Assembly (NCBI GenBank): GCA_003173895.1 | Contig: PJMG01000002.1 | Location: forward strand, 26,974 to 90,973 | DNA length: 64,000 nucleotides | Source of the DNA: Candidatus Levyibacteriota bacterium | GTDB lineage: Bacteria; Patescibacteriota; Microgenomatia; Levybacterales; UBA12049 | Direction of reading: 5' to 3' | In this document: positions 38,144-48,380 of the stretch, one piece after another | Layout of the letters: every line of letters begins with the position of its first letter | Numbering within the stretch: the first letter of the stretch is position 1 | The notes under the pieces: generated by a model | Told to the model about the DNA's origin: nothing | The model's database searches: none | The model's input: only the letters and a program-made list of their open reading frames with translations | Translations under genes and position numbers: made by a program

Positions 38144-39121
38144 ATGAGTAAAGACAAAGAGAAAAATAGAGGTAAAAAAGAAATGAGTACATTACATGGA
38201 TTTGAGGAATTAGCAGCTAGTTTTAACGTAGAATTACCTAAAGAAGAAGTAGTAGAAAATCCTTGGATACAGTTTATTAATTTAAGTCCTTTAGAAAAAT
38301 GTAAAGAAGTGCTAAATTTACGTTATGAACGAGGAACTAAAAGTGGTTTAATAAGAGAAATTTCTTTTGCAATTAAAAGTGTTATGGATATGAGTACGGA
38401 AGAGCGTAAGAACCAGGGTTTGGAATTAATTGTAAATGGTCCAAGTGACGAGAGAGGTAAATTAAAACCAGATCTACCTTTAGATATTTTTGCATATTTT
38501 GTTTATGTAAAACTTAATTTGGCTAGCGGCAAAACCCATTACATTAGTAATAGTTGTGCTCCAGTTGCAGATAATATTAAAGAGGAGAATGAATCTAATG
38601 GAGATGCATTAATAAAGTTTACAAATAACATTATCGAACTAGCAGAATGTTATCCAGAAACTCCTGAACAGCAATATATGAGGTATATAAGTACTCTTAG
38701 ATATTTAGATTATCTTATTTCTAAAGAAAAACACTTCAGAGAAGTAGGCTCAGAAACTGGACTAATTGCTGGTAAAAATCGAGAGATAAGTTTTAGACGT
38801 ACAACTGGAAGAAGCAATGAATTAAATCAATGGAAAACTATAGTATTAGCTAGGTATTTGGACCTTGCTAAAACATTACAAAGTAAGTTTGGAGAGCTTT
38901 TTAAAACAAGTGAAAGTTATGATAATGTTCATACTAATCTTAGTATGGTTAATATACCTGAAGGGTTAAATAAGAATGAACCAACTAAAAGTGATAAGAG
39001 TAAGTCTATAGTAGTAGGATTAGAACCAATAAAAATGAATGCCAGATTCTTTAGAGAAGGTAAATTAATAAATGAATATACAGAAGCTTGTAATAATATT
39101 TGTAATATTTTGGGACTATAA
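38144..39121 (+). CDS. Hypothetical protein
   Basis: 325-aa ORF with its own TTTACA-N18-TATAAT promoter-like sequence; no recognisable motif. Confidence 0.7.
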   Translation: MSKDKEKNRGKKEMSTLHGFEELAASFNVELPKEEVVENPWIQFINLSPLEKCKEVLNLRYERGTKSGLIREISFAIKSVMDMSTEERKNQGLELIVNGPSDERGKLKPDLPLDIFAYFVYVKLNLASGKTHYISNSCAPVADNIKEENESNGDALIKFTNNIIELAECYPETPEQQYMRYISTLRYLDYLISKEKHFREVGSETGLIAGKNREISFRRTTGRSNELNQWKTIVLARYLDLAKTLQSKFGELFKTSESYDNVHTNLSMVNIPEGLNKNEPTKSDKSKSIVVGLEPIKMNARFFREGKLINEYTEACNNICNILGL

Positions 39122-39135
39122 GTTTTAATGAAATC

Positions 39136-39765
39136 TTAAGTAAATTTCCTTATTACCGCCACGCATTTACCTTGAATAGTCAGTTGGGTTGGATAAATGG
39201 GGCGCATTTCAGAATTAGCAGGACGAAGCACTACTCGATCATTTTCTTTATAATATTTTTTAAGAGTAGCGAGATTATCATCTACTATCGCTACTATTAT
39301 ATCTCCCATTTTAATCTCACGTTCTTTCTCAATAACCACATAATCGCCATCTAAAATTCCATCCTCTATCAATGAATCACCTTTTACCTGTAAAACATAT
39401 GCTGCATATTTACTAGAGAGCAGAGACGCTGAAACTGAAAAAGTCGCATAAGGATCACTATGAGGCTCTAATGGTTTTCCTGCTGCTATAAAACCCATTA
39501 GTGGCAGTTCCACAGAGGGACCTACACGGCTCATTTTATATGAAACAGTAGGATCGATAATTTTAAGAACACGACTGTTCCCTTCTACTTTTTGAACATA
39601 ACCTTTATCTACTAGTGTTTTTATAATTTGATGGATAGTAGAAACTGCTCTATGACCTGTTGCATTCGCAATCTCAGTTAAGGTAGGTGAATAACCATAT
39701 CTATTTTGATATTGGATTAAAAATTCGAGTACTTCTCTTTCTCGTCTATATAGAACTCCAGCCAT
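39136..39765 (-). CDS. lexA: SOS repressor LexA
   Basis: GYSPTLTEIA winged HTH, IAAGKP Ala-Gly cleavage site, VKGDSL (Ser), TLKK (Lys); start at ATG 39765 gives 209 aa. Confidence 0.95.
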   Translation of the reverse strand: MAGVLYRREREVLEFLIQYQNRYGYSPTLTEIANATGHRAVSTIHQIIKTLVDKGYVQKVEGNSRVLKIIDPTVSYKMSRVGPSVELPLMGFIAAGKPLEPHSDPYATFSVSASLLSSKYAAYVLQVKGDSLIEDGILDGDYVVIEKEREIKMGDIIVAIVDDNLATLKKYYKENDRVVLRPANSEMRPIYPTQLTIQGKCVAVIRKFT

Positions 39766-39774
39766 ACTAAATTT

Positions 39775-39791
39775 TATACGAAATTCGTATA
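39775..39791. promoter_or_regulatory. Candidate LexA operator, perfect palindrome TATACGAA-A-TTCGTATA
   Basis: Lies between divergent lexA and uvrB, between the minus-strand TTGACA (39801-39796) and the -10-like TATAAA/TAAAAT of lexA. Confidence 0.6.
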
Positions 39792-39834
39792 TTTTTGTCA
39801 ATAGGACAATGTGGTACAATCTAATATATAATCT

Positions 39835-41826
39835 ATGAAATTTAAAGTTGTTTCTAATTTTAACCCTAGTGGTGATCAACCTCAAGCCATAAAACAGTTA
39901 AGCACCAACATTAAAAATAATGCTAAACATCAAGTGCTTTTAGGTGTTACAGGCAGTGGGAAAACCTTTACCATGTCTAAAATTATAGAAGAAGTTCAAA
40001 AACCAACTTTAGTAATAGCACATAATAAAACTTTGGCTGGACAACTTTATCAAGAATTTCGCGAGTTTTTTCCTCATAACGCAGTATCATATTTTGTTTC
40101 TTATTATGACTATTATCAACCGGAAGCTTATGTTCCCCAATCAGATACTTATATCGAAAAAGAATCTGAAATTAATGAAGAGATCGATAAACTTAGACTG
40201 GCTGCCACTGCGAATTTACTAACTAGGAAAGACGTTATCGTAGTAGCTTCTGTCTCCTGTATTTATTCTCTGGGCTCACCAGTTGAATATGGAAAGTTTG
40301 TTTTGGAAATAAAAGCTGGCATGAAAATAAATCAAAAAGATATTTTAATCCGACTCACTGATCTTCAATATGACAGAAATGATTTTGGTTTTCATAGAGG
40401 TTCATTTAGAGTCAGAGGAGAAGATATAGAACTGCTTCCAGCATATATGGATACAGGTCTTAGAATAATTATTAAAGAAAATTTTTTAAGGAAAATAGAA
40501 GAATTTGATCCTTTGACTGGAGATACTATTTCAAATATTGATGCAACAATAGTCTACCCCGCTAAACATTATATGACTGATCCGAAAACTTATGAAAATG
40601 TTTTTAAAGAAATTAGAACAGATTTAGGTAAACAAATCGAAATATTTAAAAAACAAAATAAATTACTTGAAGCTCAGAGAATCCAGCAAAGAACTAATTT
40701 TGATTTACAAATGATTCAGGAAGTAGGCTACGTAAATGGAATTGAAAATTATTCCAGATATTTTGAAGGTAGAAATCCTGGAAGTGCTCCTTATACACTC
40801 CTGGATTATATGAAAGCTTGCTCTGAAGATTGGCTTTTATTCGTGGATGAATCTCACATGAGTTTACCTCAGGTCCGTGGAATGTATAATGGCGATCGAG
40901 CGCGAAAAGAAGTCTTAATAGACTATGGATTTAGACTACCTAGCGCTTTAGATAATAGACCGCTTAAGTTTGAAGAATTTATGTCTCGAGTTAATCAAGC
41001 TGTGTATGTAAGCGCTACTCCATCAGATTTTGAAATGTCACTAGCTACTGAAACACCTAATGGGGTGGCAGAACAATTAATAAGACCTACTGGCATAGTC
41101 GATCCTATAGTCGAAGTTAGACCAACTAAAGGCCAAATTCCAGATTTAATGCAGGAGATTTTAAAACGAATTGAGAAACATGAGCGCGTTCTAGTTACTA
41201 CTTTAACCAAAAGAATGTCGGAGGAATTAACTTTTTACCTTCAAGAACGAAATATTAAAGTTCTTTATCTTCATTCAGATATAGAGACTTTAGAACGCCA
41301 GGAAATATTAGACAAACTTCGCCGCGGAGATGTAGATGTAGTTGTAGGAATTAATTTACTTCGAGAGGGTTTAGACTTACCAGAAGTTACTTTAGTGGCA
41401 ATTTTAGACGCGGATAAAGAGGGCTTTTTAAGAAGTAAAACCTCGCTGATTCAAACTATGGGCCGCGCTGCTCGAAATATAAACTCCAGAGTTATTCTTT
41501 ATGCAGATAAACAAACAGACTCTATGAAATTTGCTATTTCTGAGGTAGAAAGACGACGAAAAATCCAATTAGAATATAATAAAAAACATCACATTACTCC
41601 TAAAAATATCCAGAAATCTATAAGAGAAAGATTAGTGGAATATGAAGAAGACATTCCTGCTGAAGATGTAGTTTTTAAAGATTTAGAGAATAAAGAAATT
41701 TTACTTCCTGATGATAAAAAGAAAATGAAAAAGCTTCTTAAAGAACGAATGACTCAAGCAGCGAAAAATCTCGACTTCGAATCCGCAGCAATGTTAAGGG
41801 ATAAGATAAAAAGTTTAGATAAATAA
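39835..41826 (+). CDS. uvrB: Excinuclease ABC subunit B
   Basis: PSGDQP, GVTGSGKT, YYDYYQPEAY, DESH, GINLLREGLDLPEV, GRAARN, C-terminal UVR domain. Confidence 0.98.
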   Translation: MKFKVVSNFNPSGDQPQAIKQLSTNIKNNAKHQVLLGVTGSGKTFTMSKIIEEVQKPTLVIAHNKTLAGQLYQEFREFFPHNAVSYFVSYYDYYQPEAYVPQSDTYIEKESEINEEIDKLRLAATANLLTRKDVIVVASVSCIYSLGSPVEYGKFVLEIKAGMKINQKDILIRLTDLQYDRNDFGFHRGSFRVRGEDIELLPAYMDTGLRIIIKENFLRKIEEFDPLTGDTISNIDATIVYPAKHYMTDPKTYENVFKEIRTDLGKQIEIFKKQNKLLEAQRIQQRTNFDLQMIQEVGYVNGIENYSRYFEGRNPGSAPYTLLDYMKACSEDWLLFVDESHMSLPQVRGMYNGDRARKEVLIDYGFRLPSALDNRPLKFEEFMSRVNQAVYVSATPSDFEMSLATETPNGVAEQLIRPTGIVDPIVEVRPTKGQIPDLMQEILKRIEKHERVLVTTLTKRMSEELTFYLQERNIKVLYLHSDIETLERQEILDKLRRGDVDVVVGINLLREGLDLPEVTLVAILDADKEGFLRSKTSLIQTMGRAARNINSRVILYADKQTDSMKFAISEVERRRKIQLEYNKKHHITPKNIQKSIRERLVEYEEDIPAEDVVFKDLENKEILLPDDKKKMKKLLKERMTQAAKNLDFESAAMLRDKIKSLDK

Positions 41827-41827
41827 A

Positions 41828-42163
41828 CTAAACTGTAGCAATGTGTGATTTTCCTATTTTTTTAATTCTTTCTTCATGATTATCAAAATTTTCTTTGGTG
41901 TGATAATCACCTATTAATTTATACTCTCTACTTTTTTCCAATTCTCTTACAATATAATCCATCTTATTTAATATTTCATCTCGATAGCCCCGGGCCTTTT
42001 CGTCCATTTCCTCAAATCTTCTATCAATTTGATCAAATTTATCATCATGTTCATCTAGTTTTTTATTATTTCTCGCAATCTTTGTCTCTAAATTGTCAAA
42101 TTTTTTATCGTGTTCATCTAACTTAGAAGTTATTTTAACAAATATTTTGTCAATGACTGTTAT
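41828..42163 (-). CDS. Small coiled-coil protein missing from the ORF track (ATA start overlapping the yraN stop, or a start-lost pseudogene; first ATG at 42007)
   Basis: 111 open codons ITVIDKIFVKITSKLDEHDKKFDNLE...HEERIKKIGKSHIATV; internal repeat KLDEHDxKFD. Confidence 0.55.
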   Translation of the reverse strand: MTVIDKIFVKITSKLDEHDKKFDNLETKIARNNKKLDEHDDKFDQIDRRFEEMDEKARGYRDEILNKMDYIVRELEKSREYKLIGDYHTKENFDNHEERIKKIGKSHIATV

Positions 42164-42525
42164 CCACTTATATTTTCCATATGTTCTATATTGGTAACTA
42201 TATTATTCTTTACTTCAATAGACACTGCATCAATTCTTAGAGCTTGGGGTAATCTAGGATGAGTTATGGCATAGAACTGCGCCGCTTTAAAAAGATTTTT
42301 TAATTTAAAATAGTTTATAGCCTCTATCGGTGTACCAAAAGAATTGGAAGTTCTACTTTTCACTTCAAAAAAAACCATAGTGGATTCAAATGGATCTAAA
42401 GCGATAATATCAATTTCCGCGTATTTAGGTCTGTAATTCCGTTCTAAAATCTTATAACCTTTCTCAAACAAGTATTTAGCAGCAGCATCTTCACCTAATT
42501 TCCCTACAGGGTTGGAAATTTTCAT
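42160..42525 (-). CDS. yraN: YraN (UPF0102) PD-(D/E)xK endonuclease family protein
   Basis: GKLGEDAA..YL..KGY.ILERN, EIDII, FFEVKSR, RIDAV. Confidence 0.93.
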   Translation of the reverse strand: MKISNPVGKLGEDAAAKYLFEKGYKILERNYRPKYAEIDIIALDPFESTMVFFEVKSRTSNSFGTPIEAINYFKLKNLFKAAQFYAITHPRLPQALRIDAVSIEVKNNIVTNIEHMENISG

Positions 42526-42588
42526 ACTAATTAAAGTTTAACAAAGAAAAATAATCTTTGCGAGCTTAATCAAATTAATAACAAAAAC

Positions 42589-42867
42589 TTATTTTACTTT
42601 TCGAAGATATAAGAGGTTGGCTTGACGAACTTTAGCTTTAATATGCCCAACAACCTCTACTTTTTCTGCTAAAGGAGAAGCAAAAGGAATCACTTTTTCT
42701 ACAGCTACATTCCCTACTAATTTACGCACAGTAAAGCTTTTATTATCGCCAGATCCACGAATATCTAAAACCGTACCTTCAAAAACTTGAATTCTGGTTT
42801 TATCTCCTTCCTGAATTTTTTGGTGGACACGTATAATGTCACCTGGCCTAAACGTCGTTGTAATCAT
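42589..42867 (-). CDS. rplS: 50S ribosomal protein L19
   Basis: FRPGD.IRVH.KI.EG.K.RIQ.FEG, FTVRK, VEK..P..SP, VRQA.L.YLR. Confidence 0.95.
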   Translation of the reverse strand: MITTTFRPGDIIRVHQKIQEGDKTRIQVFEGTVLDIRGSGDNKSFTVRKLVGNVAVEKVIPFASPLAEKVEVVGHIKAKVRQANLLYLRKVK

Positions 42868-42916
42868 GAACTATATTATACCAAAATTATCTATACTTTC
42901 TCAAGTAATAATAGCT

Positions 42917-43906
42917 TTATGGGTGTGGACGTAATCTTCTTTTATTTTCGAGCTCAGCAGCAGCTTCGTTTTTAACTTCTGAATTAAGGATATCTACTAC
43001 AAAGTTAGTTTTATATAAATCAGCAAAGCTACCTAACATAGTAGTAGGAAGTTCACGAGAACTTTGATTTATTTCTAAATATTTTTTGGTAAAAAAAGCT
43101 CGAATTTCAAGTGATGGTCTTCTACCTGCAGGACACCCATCTGCTTCACCTAATCCAAATTCTAATAATTTATTTCTATCTAATCCCGTAGATGTAATTA
43201 CTTCACCTTCATGAGCTTTTATTTCTTTACCCTTATTTACCTGTTTTGCTACTTCTCCACTCTCTACGCCTATTCCTACTTGAAGAGAAGGCAATTCTGA
43301 AAGACTAATTTGTGAAGCCATAATTGCTAATCTTGAAACAAAATCCTCCTGAAAAATACCCAATAATTGGGCTACTACTTTATTTCCTGTACCAGCGCCC
43401 GATCTAAATAGATTTTCAGTATCAGAGTATAAAGTTCGAGCTAAACCGTTGGCTGCGGCTGAATTAATATTATTTATTAAATTTCCTAAATATGATCTCA
43501 CTTCAGAATCGCCGAGAAATTTCTTCCAAGGCTCAGAAATCGCAACATCTTTTAAAACACCACTATAATTACCTATTCCTAATTCGCCTAAAAATTGTCT
43601 GAATGATTCATAATAACCATCGAAGACATAAGTTTGATAATCCAGCAATATACTAGCAGAACCTGTTTTAAAAACTGAATTGACTTCTTTATCTAACTTA
43701 GGAGAATATGCTTGAATCTGACCTTTGTCATTTGTAACTAAATGTCTACCTGATTTGTCTGTTTGTAATTGAGGAGCAAATGGAAGCTGATTATTATTTA
43801 TTCTATCTTCATGAAAAATAGCAAAAACTGCGCCTAGATCAGCAAAGCTTTGATAGAATTTTTCGAATTCAGGATTTTGGGAAGTATACTTTTCTTCTAT
43901 CGGCAT
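42917..43906 (-). CDS. Hypothetical protein
   Basis: 329-aa ORF with no recognisable family; contains a GCPA motif. Confidence 0.7.
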   Translation of the reverse strand: MPIEEKYTSQNPEFEKFYQSFADLGAVFAIFHEDRINNNQLPFAPQLQTDKSGRHLVTNDKGQIQAYSPKLDKEVNSVFKTGSASILLDYQTYVFDGYYESFRQFLGELGIGNYSGVLKDVAISEPWKKFLGDSEVRSYLGNLINNINSAAANGLARTLYSDTENLFRSGAGTGNKVVAQLLGIFQEDFVSRLAIMASQISLSELPSLQVGIGVESGEVAKQVNKGKEIKAHEGEVITSTGLDRNKLLEFGLGEADGCPAGRRPSLEIRAFFTKKYLEINQSSRELPTTMLGSFADLYKTNFVVDILNSEVKNEAAAELENKRRLRPHP

Positions 43907-43949
43907 ATTGATGTCTATATTTTAACATTTTTTGTATAATTATCAAGGT

Positions 43950-45611
43950 TTAGTCTTTTACACAGGCTTTTATGAACTCCATGAAGAGTGGATGAGGTTT
44001 TAGAGGCCTACTTTTATACTCAGGGTGACCTTGGGTGCCTAAATAGAAAGGATGAACTGATTTTGGTAACTCAATTATCTCAGCTAGATTTTCTACTACT
44101 GAACGGGCTGAAATGATAAGTCCTGATTTTTCAAAATCTTTAGCAAATTCATCATTAAATTCGTATCTATGTCTGTGTCTTTCACTGGTTAAACCTTTTT
44201 CCTCATTAATAAATCCTTTATATTTTTTATAGGCATCATAAGCAATAGTTCCCTTTTTAACCTTAGCTTCCCAAGAACCTAGTCTCATAGTTCCACCATA
44301 GGCACGTCGCTCCATATGAATCTTTTGAGCTGGCATGAGATGAATAACATTATGTTTACCTTTAGGATCGTTTTCCTCAGTATTTGCGTCCTTCCAACCA
44401 ATAACATACCTAGCAAAGGCTACTGCGGCTAATTGCATACCATAACAAAGACCTAAATAAGGAATTTTTTTAATTCGTGCATAATTTGCAGCTTTTATCA
44501 TACCTTCAGCTCCTCTTTCTCCCCAACCAATTGGAACTATAATACCATCAGGATTACCGATTAATTTCTCTAAATCTTCTGTTTCTGCTTTTTGAGCGCT
44601 AATCCAGCGAGTTTTAACATTTACGTTATTTCCCCATCCAGCATGATCCAAGGCATCAAAAAGAGCTGCATAAGAATCACGGAGTTGGTAGTCTCCAGTA
44701 CCAAAATATTTACCGACAATGGCAATTTCCACAGTTTTTTTAGTTTCTTCTATAGTTTTACAAAGTTTATTCCAGTCGGTTATATTAGCAGATTTTATAG
44801 GAAGACCTAATTTTTTAAGAATTTTTTTATCTAGGTCCTGTTGCTTTAAAACTAAAGGAATTTCATAAGCTGAGGATAAGTCTGGATTAGAAATAACATT
44901 TTCTTTATCTACACTACAGAAAAGCGCAAATCTATCTTTTCGCCTCTCATCCAACATTTTTTCACTACGAGCAACTATGAAATCTGGCTGAATCCCCATA
45001 GAATTTAAAGCTTTCACAGAAAGTTGAGTAGGCTTAGTTTTTGGCTCTCCTAAATGTTTAGGGGTAGGAACATAGCTAACATGAACATGTATTACATCCC
45101 CTGGGTTTTTCCAGGCTAAAATTCTAGATGCTTCATAATATAAAATATTTTGATATTCTCCTGCTGTTCCACCTAATTCTATAGTAATAACATCTGCGTC
45201 AGTCTTTTTAGCGAGATCTTTAATTCTTTTTATAATTTCATCTGTAATATGTGGAATAGCTTCTACGTCTTCACCATTATATTCAAATCTTCTTTCTCTA
45301 TCTATAACAGTCTGATAGATTCTTCCCATAGTGACAAAACTATCTTTTCCCATGTCATGGCCTAGAAACTTTTCATAAGTTCCAATATCCATGTCTGCTT
45401 CCGTACCATCTTCACAGAGGAATGGATCACCATGCTCTATAGGATTTATGGTACCCGCATCTACATTTAGATAATTTTCAAATTTTATGGGTACTACTTT
45501 AAGACCTGTGTTTTGGAGAAGAAGTGCCATAGAGGCTGCTGTAGTGCCTTTTCCTATTCCTGAGATTAGACCCCCAGAAACAAAAATAAATTTAGTTTTC
45601 TTAGTGTGCAC
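43950..45611 (-). CDS. pyrG: CTP synthase
   Basis: GLISGIGKG, YLNVDAGT..P.EHG, KTKPTQ, GLCYGMQ, ERHRHRYE, HPE. Confidence 0.97.
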   Translation of the reverse strand: MHTKKTKFIFVSGGLISGIGKGTTAASMALLLQNTGLKVVPIKFENYLNVDAGTINPIEHGDPFLCEDGTEADMDIGTYEKFLGHDMGKDSFVTMGRIYQTVIDRERRFEYNGEDVEAIPHITDEIIKRIKDLAKKTDADVITIELGGTAGEYQNILYYEASRILAWKNPGDVIHVHVSYVPTPKHLGEPKTKPTQLSVKALNSMGIQPDFIVARSEKMLDERRKDRFALFCSVDKENVISNPDLSSAYEIPLVLKQQDLDKKILKKLGLPIKSANITDWNKLCKTIEETKKTVEIAIVGKYFGTGDYQLRDSYAALFDALDHAGWGNNVNVKTRWISAQKAETEDLEKLIGNPDGIIVPIGWGERGAEGMIKAANYARIKKIPYLGLCYGMQLAAVAFARYVIGWKDANTEENDPKGKHNVIHLMPAQKIHMERRAYGGTMRLGSWEAKVKKGTIAYDAYKKYKGFINEEKGLTSERHRHRYEFNDEFAKDFEKSGLIISARSVVENLAEIIELPKSVHPFYLGTQGHPEYKSRPLKPHPLFMEFIKACVKD

Positions 45612-45675
45612 GATTTATGTTAATAAAAAAATGGGCTTATGTCAATAGAATTTACTATAACAAAATATGCTTGGT

Positions 45676-46266
45676 TCACTTCCAAAAATCCTCAATGTTT
45701 ACTCCAAACTTAGAAAGAGTCTTTAAAACTGCGGGAATGGGAAGACCTACCACATTAGAATAATCGCCATTTACCTCTTCCACTAAAACTAATCCTTTTT
45801 CTTGAATTCCATATGCACCAGCTTTATCTAATGGCTCACCAGTTTTCACATAAGCTTCAATTTCTTCAGAAGATAATTTTTTAAATAGAACTTTAGATGA
45901 AACATGAGAAGTCATGGTTTTTTTAGTTTTAGTATCAATTATGGTAAAACCAGTTATAATTTCATGCCAATCTCCAGAAAATTCTTTAAGCATCTTTATA
46001 GCATTTTTTTTAGTGTGTGGTTTACCATAAATTTTATTTTTAAAATAAACTACCGTATCTGCTGCGATAATGATGGCATTTTTATATTTTTTAGCCACCA
46101 TTTTAGCTTTCTCTGAAGAATACCTTTCTGTTAATTCAATCGGAGAAAGAGTTATATTTTCCATGTCTTCGTCATAATTTGAGACATCAACTTTAAAAGT
46201 AAGACCAATTTGTTTTAAAAGCGCTTTTCTTCTGGGAGAACTAGAAGCTAAAATAATTTCTCGCAT
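45676..46266 (-). CDS. maf: Maf-family nucleoside triphosphate pyrophosphatase
   Basis: ILASSSPRR, AADTVV, GKP, DKAGAYGIQ, NVVGLP. Confidence 0.95.
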   Translation of the reverse strand: MREIILASSSPRRKALLKQIGLTFKVDVSNYDEDMENITLSPIELTERYSSEKAKMVAKKYKNAIIIAADTVVYFKNKIYGKPHTKKNAIKMLKEFSGDWHEIITGFTIIDTKTKKTMTSHVSSKVLFKKLSSEEIEAYVKTGEPLDKAGAYGIQEKGLVLVEEVNGDYSNVVGLPIPAVLKTLSKFGVNIEDFWK

Positions 46267-46341
46267 ACCTACTTTATGATCTTATCATAAATTTCAGATT
46301 CAATTGCGTAGCAAGATAAAATTAACTAAAATTAGCTTACG

Positions 46342-46413
46342 GCCGAAGTAACTCAGTGGAAGAGTAGCTCTTTCGTAAAGAGCAAGTCGTGGGTTCAAGT
46401 CCCACCTTCGGCT
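46342..46413 (+). tRNA. tRNA-Thr(CGT), CCA not encoded
   Basis: Acceptor stem GCCGAAG/CTTCGGC, D stem ACTC/GAGT, anticodon arm GCTCT-TTCGTAA-AGAGC, T arm GTGGG-TTCAAGT-CCCAC; ends in TCA rather than NCCA. Confidence 0.95.
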
Positions 46414-46447
46414 CACTTAAATTTTTAAATTTTGATACAATGCATTT

Positions 46448-47161
46448 ATGAGATCACGTATTTCTGAAAATACTGAAAAGAAAGTTAAAACCCGATTAGT
46501 TTTGACAGTATTGGGAACAATTATTATATTATTTTTAATTTTTAGATATGGAGTAAACGCTTTAATAAATTTTAGCCTATTCTTAAGTAATAGAAATTCT
46601 GCTGTACAAAATGGAAATTCTGGTCAAACAAATAATCAATTTATTTCTGCTCCCATTTTAGATGTTTCTCAAACAGCTACTAATAGTGCTTCTATTGAAA
46701 TAAAAGGAAGTGCGCAAGCAAATATTAAAATTTTACTTTTCAAAAATAATTCTCAAGTCGATCAGACTACTTCAGATAATAATGGAAGTTTTACTTTTAA
46801 AAATGAAAATTTAGATAAGGGTACTAATAATTTTACTGCTCAAGCACAAGTTAATAATTCAAAAAGTTCTTTTTCAGATCCTGCTACTGTTACCTATTCT
46901 GATTCTGCACCAAATCTAACTATTTCTAATCCATCGGACAATGCTACTTTTTCTCATGACCAAAATCCAATACAAGTTACAGGAAAAACTGATTCAAATG
47001 TAAATGTAACAGTTAATGGTTTTATAGCTCAAACAGATTTAAATGGTAACTTTTCTTATACTTTAAATTTAAATAATGGAAATAATGGAATCACTGTAGA
47101 TGCTGTAGATCAAGCAGGTAATAAAACTGAAAAAACTATTCACGTGAATTATAATCAATAA
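46448..47161 (+). CDS. Membrane-anchored protein with two bacterial Ig-like domains
   Basis: N-terminal TM; IKGSA..DNNGSFTF..LDKGTNNF; P.LTI.NP..VTGKTD..VNG..L.NG.N.I.V.AVD.AGN. Confidence 0.8.
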   Translation: MRSRISENTEKKVKTRLVLTVLGTIIILFLIFRYGVNALINFSLFLSNRNSAVQNGNSGQTNNQFISAPILDVSQTATNSASIEIKGSAQANIKILLFKNNSQVDQTTSDNNGSFTFKNENLDKGTNNFTAQAQVNNSKSSFSDPATVTYSDSAPNLTISNPSDNATFSHDQNPIQVTGKTDSNVNVTVNGFIAQTDLNGNFSYTLNLNNGNNGITVDAVDQAGNKTEKTIHVNYNQ

Positions 47162-48353
47162 TCACTACTAAACTCCAGGTCCACACCATAATGGGGGGAT
47201 AAAAAAGAGCATTTACAAAAAGGCTTCCAATAAAAACAGTTAATATACTACAGAAAATAAACTTGTTGTCATTGTGATAATTTGACTGTTTTGAGTTTAT
47301 TGTCAAGGAACTTTTCCAGAATTTTTGCAATAACTTCTTGAACAAAAGTAAATAAAAAAACAATCCAATAACTCCAGTCGTTGCTAGTATAAAAATAAAA
47401 CTATTATCTGTCCCTGCTCCAGCATGAGAAATATCAGAGTTATTTTTTAAAAATCCTAATTTTTCTTGTTCATATCTATAAGTATTAAAACCAATACCCC
47501 AAATCGGACTTTTAGAAAATATAGTAAAAGCATGATTCAAGGAAATAAATCTTTGACTAATAGAATAAGTTCTTAATAAGTTTATTGGTTCTAGTTTAGA
47601 ATTAGTAAAAAATGCAGCAAATAATATAAAAAATAATATGAAAATTCCAAGTAAATATTTATAAATTTTATTTTTCGATATAAAAACTAAAATTATTAAA
47701 CTAATAAAAAATGCTATAAATGCTCCTCTGGAATAGGTTAAAAGTAATGATATAAATGAGATAATAATACTAATAGGAATAATTATATTTATTTTTTTAT
47801 TTCTCTTTTTAAAAAATGTAAATAAATAAATAATAAACGAAGCGATAAAAACTCCTGCAAAATCTGGATCTAAAAATGTAGAAAACAATCTGTATAAATG
47901 ATCATCCCAACCTAAATAATAAAGATTTCTTAAATTTGGATATAAAATATATTGTAAAAATCCTAATACTATAAAACTTATTCCCCAGATGAACAAAGAA
48001 TTAATTAAGAGTTTTTTATTTTTAATCCATAATTTTTTGGCTAAAAAATAAATGCTGAAATATGAAATAAAACGCCATAAATAAAGTGACGAAATTAAAA
48101 TTTGATTTACAGTAAAATTTCTAAGATTTAAGAGTAATGATAAAAAGCAAATACCTATAAAAAATAAAAAATATTTTAAATTAGAGAAAATTTGATCATT
48201 TTTGTTTTTAACATACAAAAATATCACATAAATTAATGAAAAAAAAGAAACTATATCTAAAAGGGATATTCCGATAGAATTACCTAAATAAATTCTGGTT
48301 AATTCGCCTAAAATCGACGAAACAATAATTGATAAAAAAATAACTTTCCTCAT
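47136..48353 (-). CDS. O-antigen ligase/polymerase-like membrane protein (Wzy_C)
   Basis: RLFSTFLDP, LTYSRGA, PIWGIGFN, DNSFIFILATTGVIG; about 12 TM segments. Confidence 0.85.
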   Translation of the reverse strand: MRKVIFLSIIVSSILGELTRIYLGNSIGISLLDIVSFFSLIYVIFLYVKNKNDQIFSNLKYFLFFIGICFLSLLLNLRNFTVNQILISSLYLWRFISYFSIYFLAKKLWIKNKKLLINSLFIWGISFIVLGFLQYILYPNLRNLYYLGWDDHLYRLFSTFLDPDFAGVFIASFIIYLFTFFKKRNKKINIIIPISIIISFISLLLTYSRGAFIAFFISLIILVFISKNKIYKYLLGIFILFFILFAAFFTNSKLEPINLLRTYSISQRFISLNHAFTIFSKSPIWGIGFNTYRYEQEKLGFLKNNSDISHAGAGTDNSFIFILATTGVIGLFFYLLLFKKLLQKFWKSSLTINSKQSNYHNDNKFIFCSILTVFIGSLFVNALFYPPIMVWTWSLVVIIDYNSRE

Positions 48354-48380
48354 AACTTTCTGTGAATCGTCAACTATACA

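Noticed and set aside
39766-39885. 40-aa N-terminal extension of LexA in the ORF track
   Set aside because: It overlaps uvrB and the promoter; the ATG at 39765 gives a normal-length LexA
46342-46447. tRNA-Thr as an integration site
   Set aside because: No duplicated tRNA 3' end or integrase was found in the window
47136-47161. 26-bp convergent 3' overlap between the Ig-domain gene and the O-antigen ligase gene
   Set aside because: Short convergent overlaps are common in compact genomes and there is no further signal
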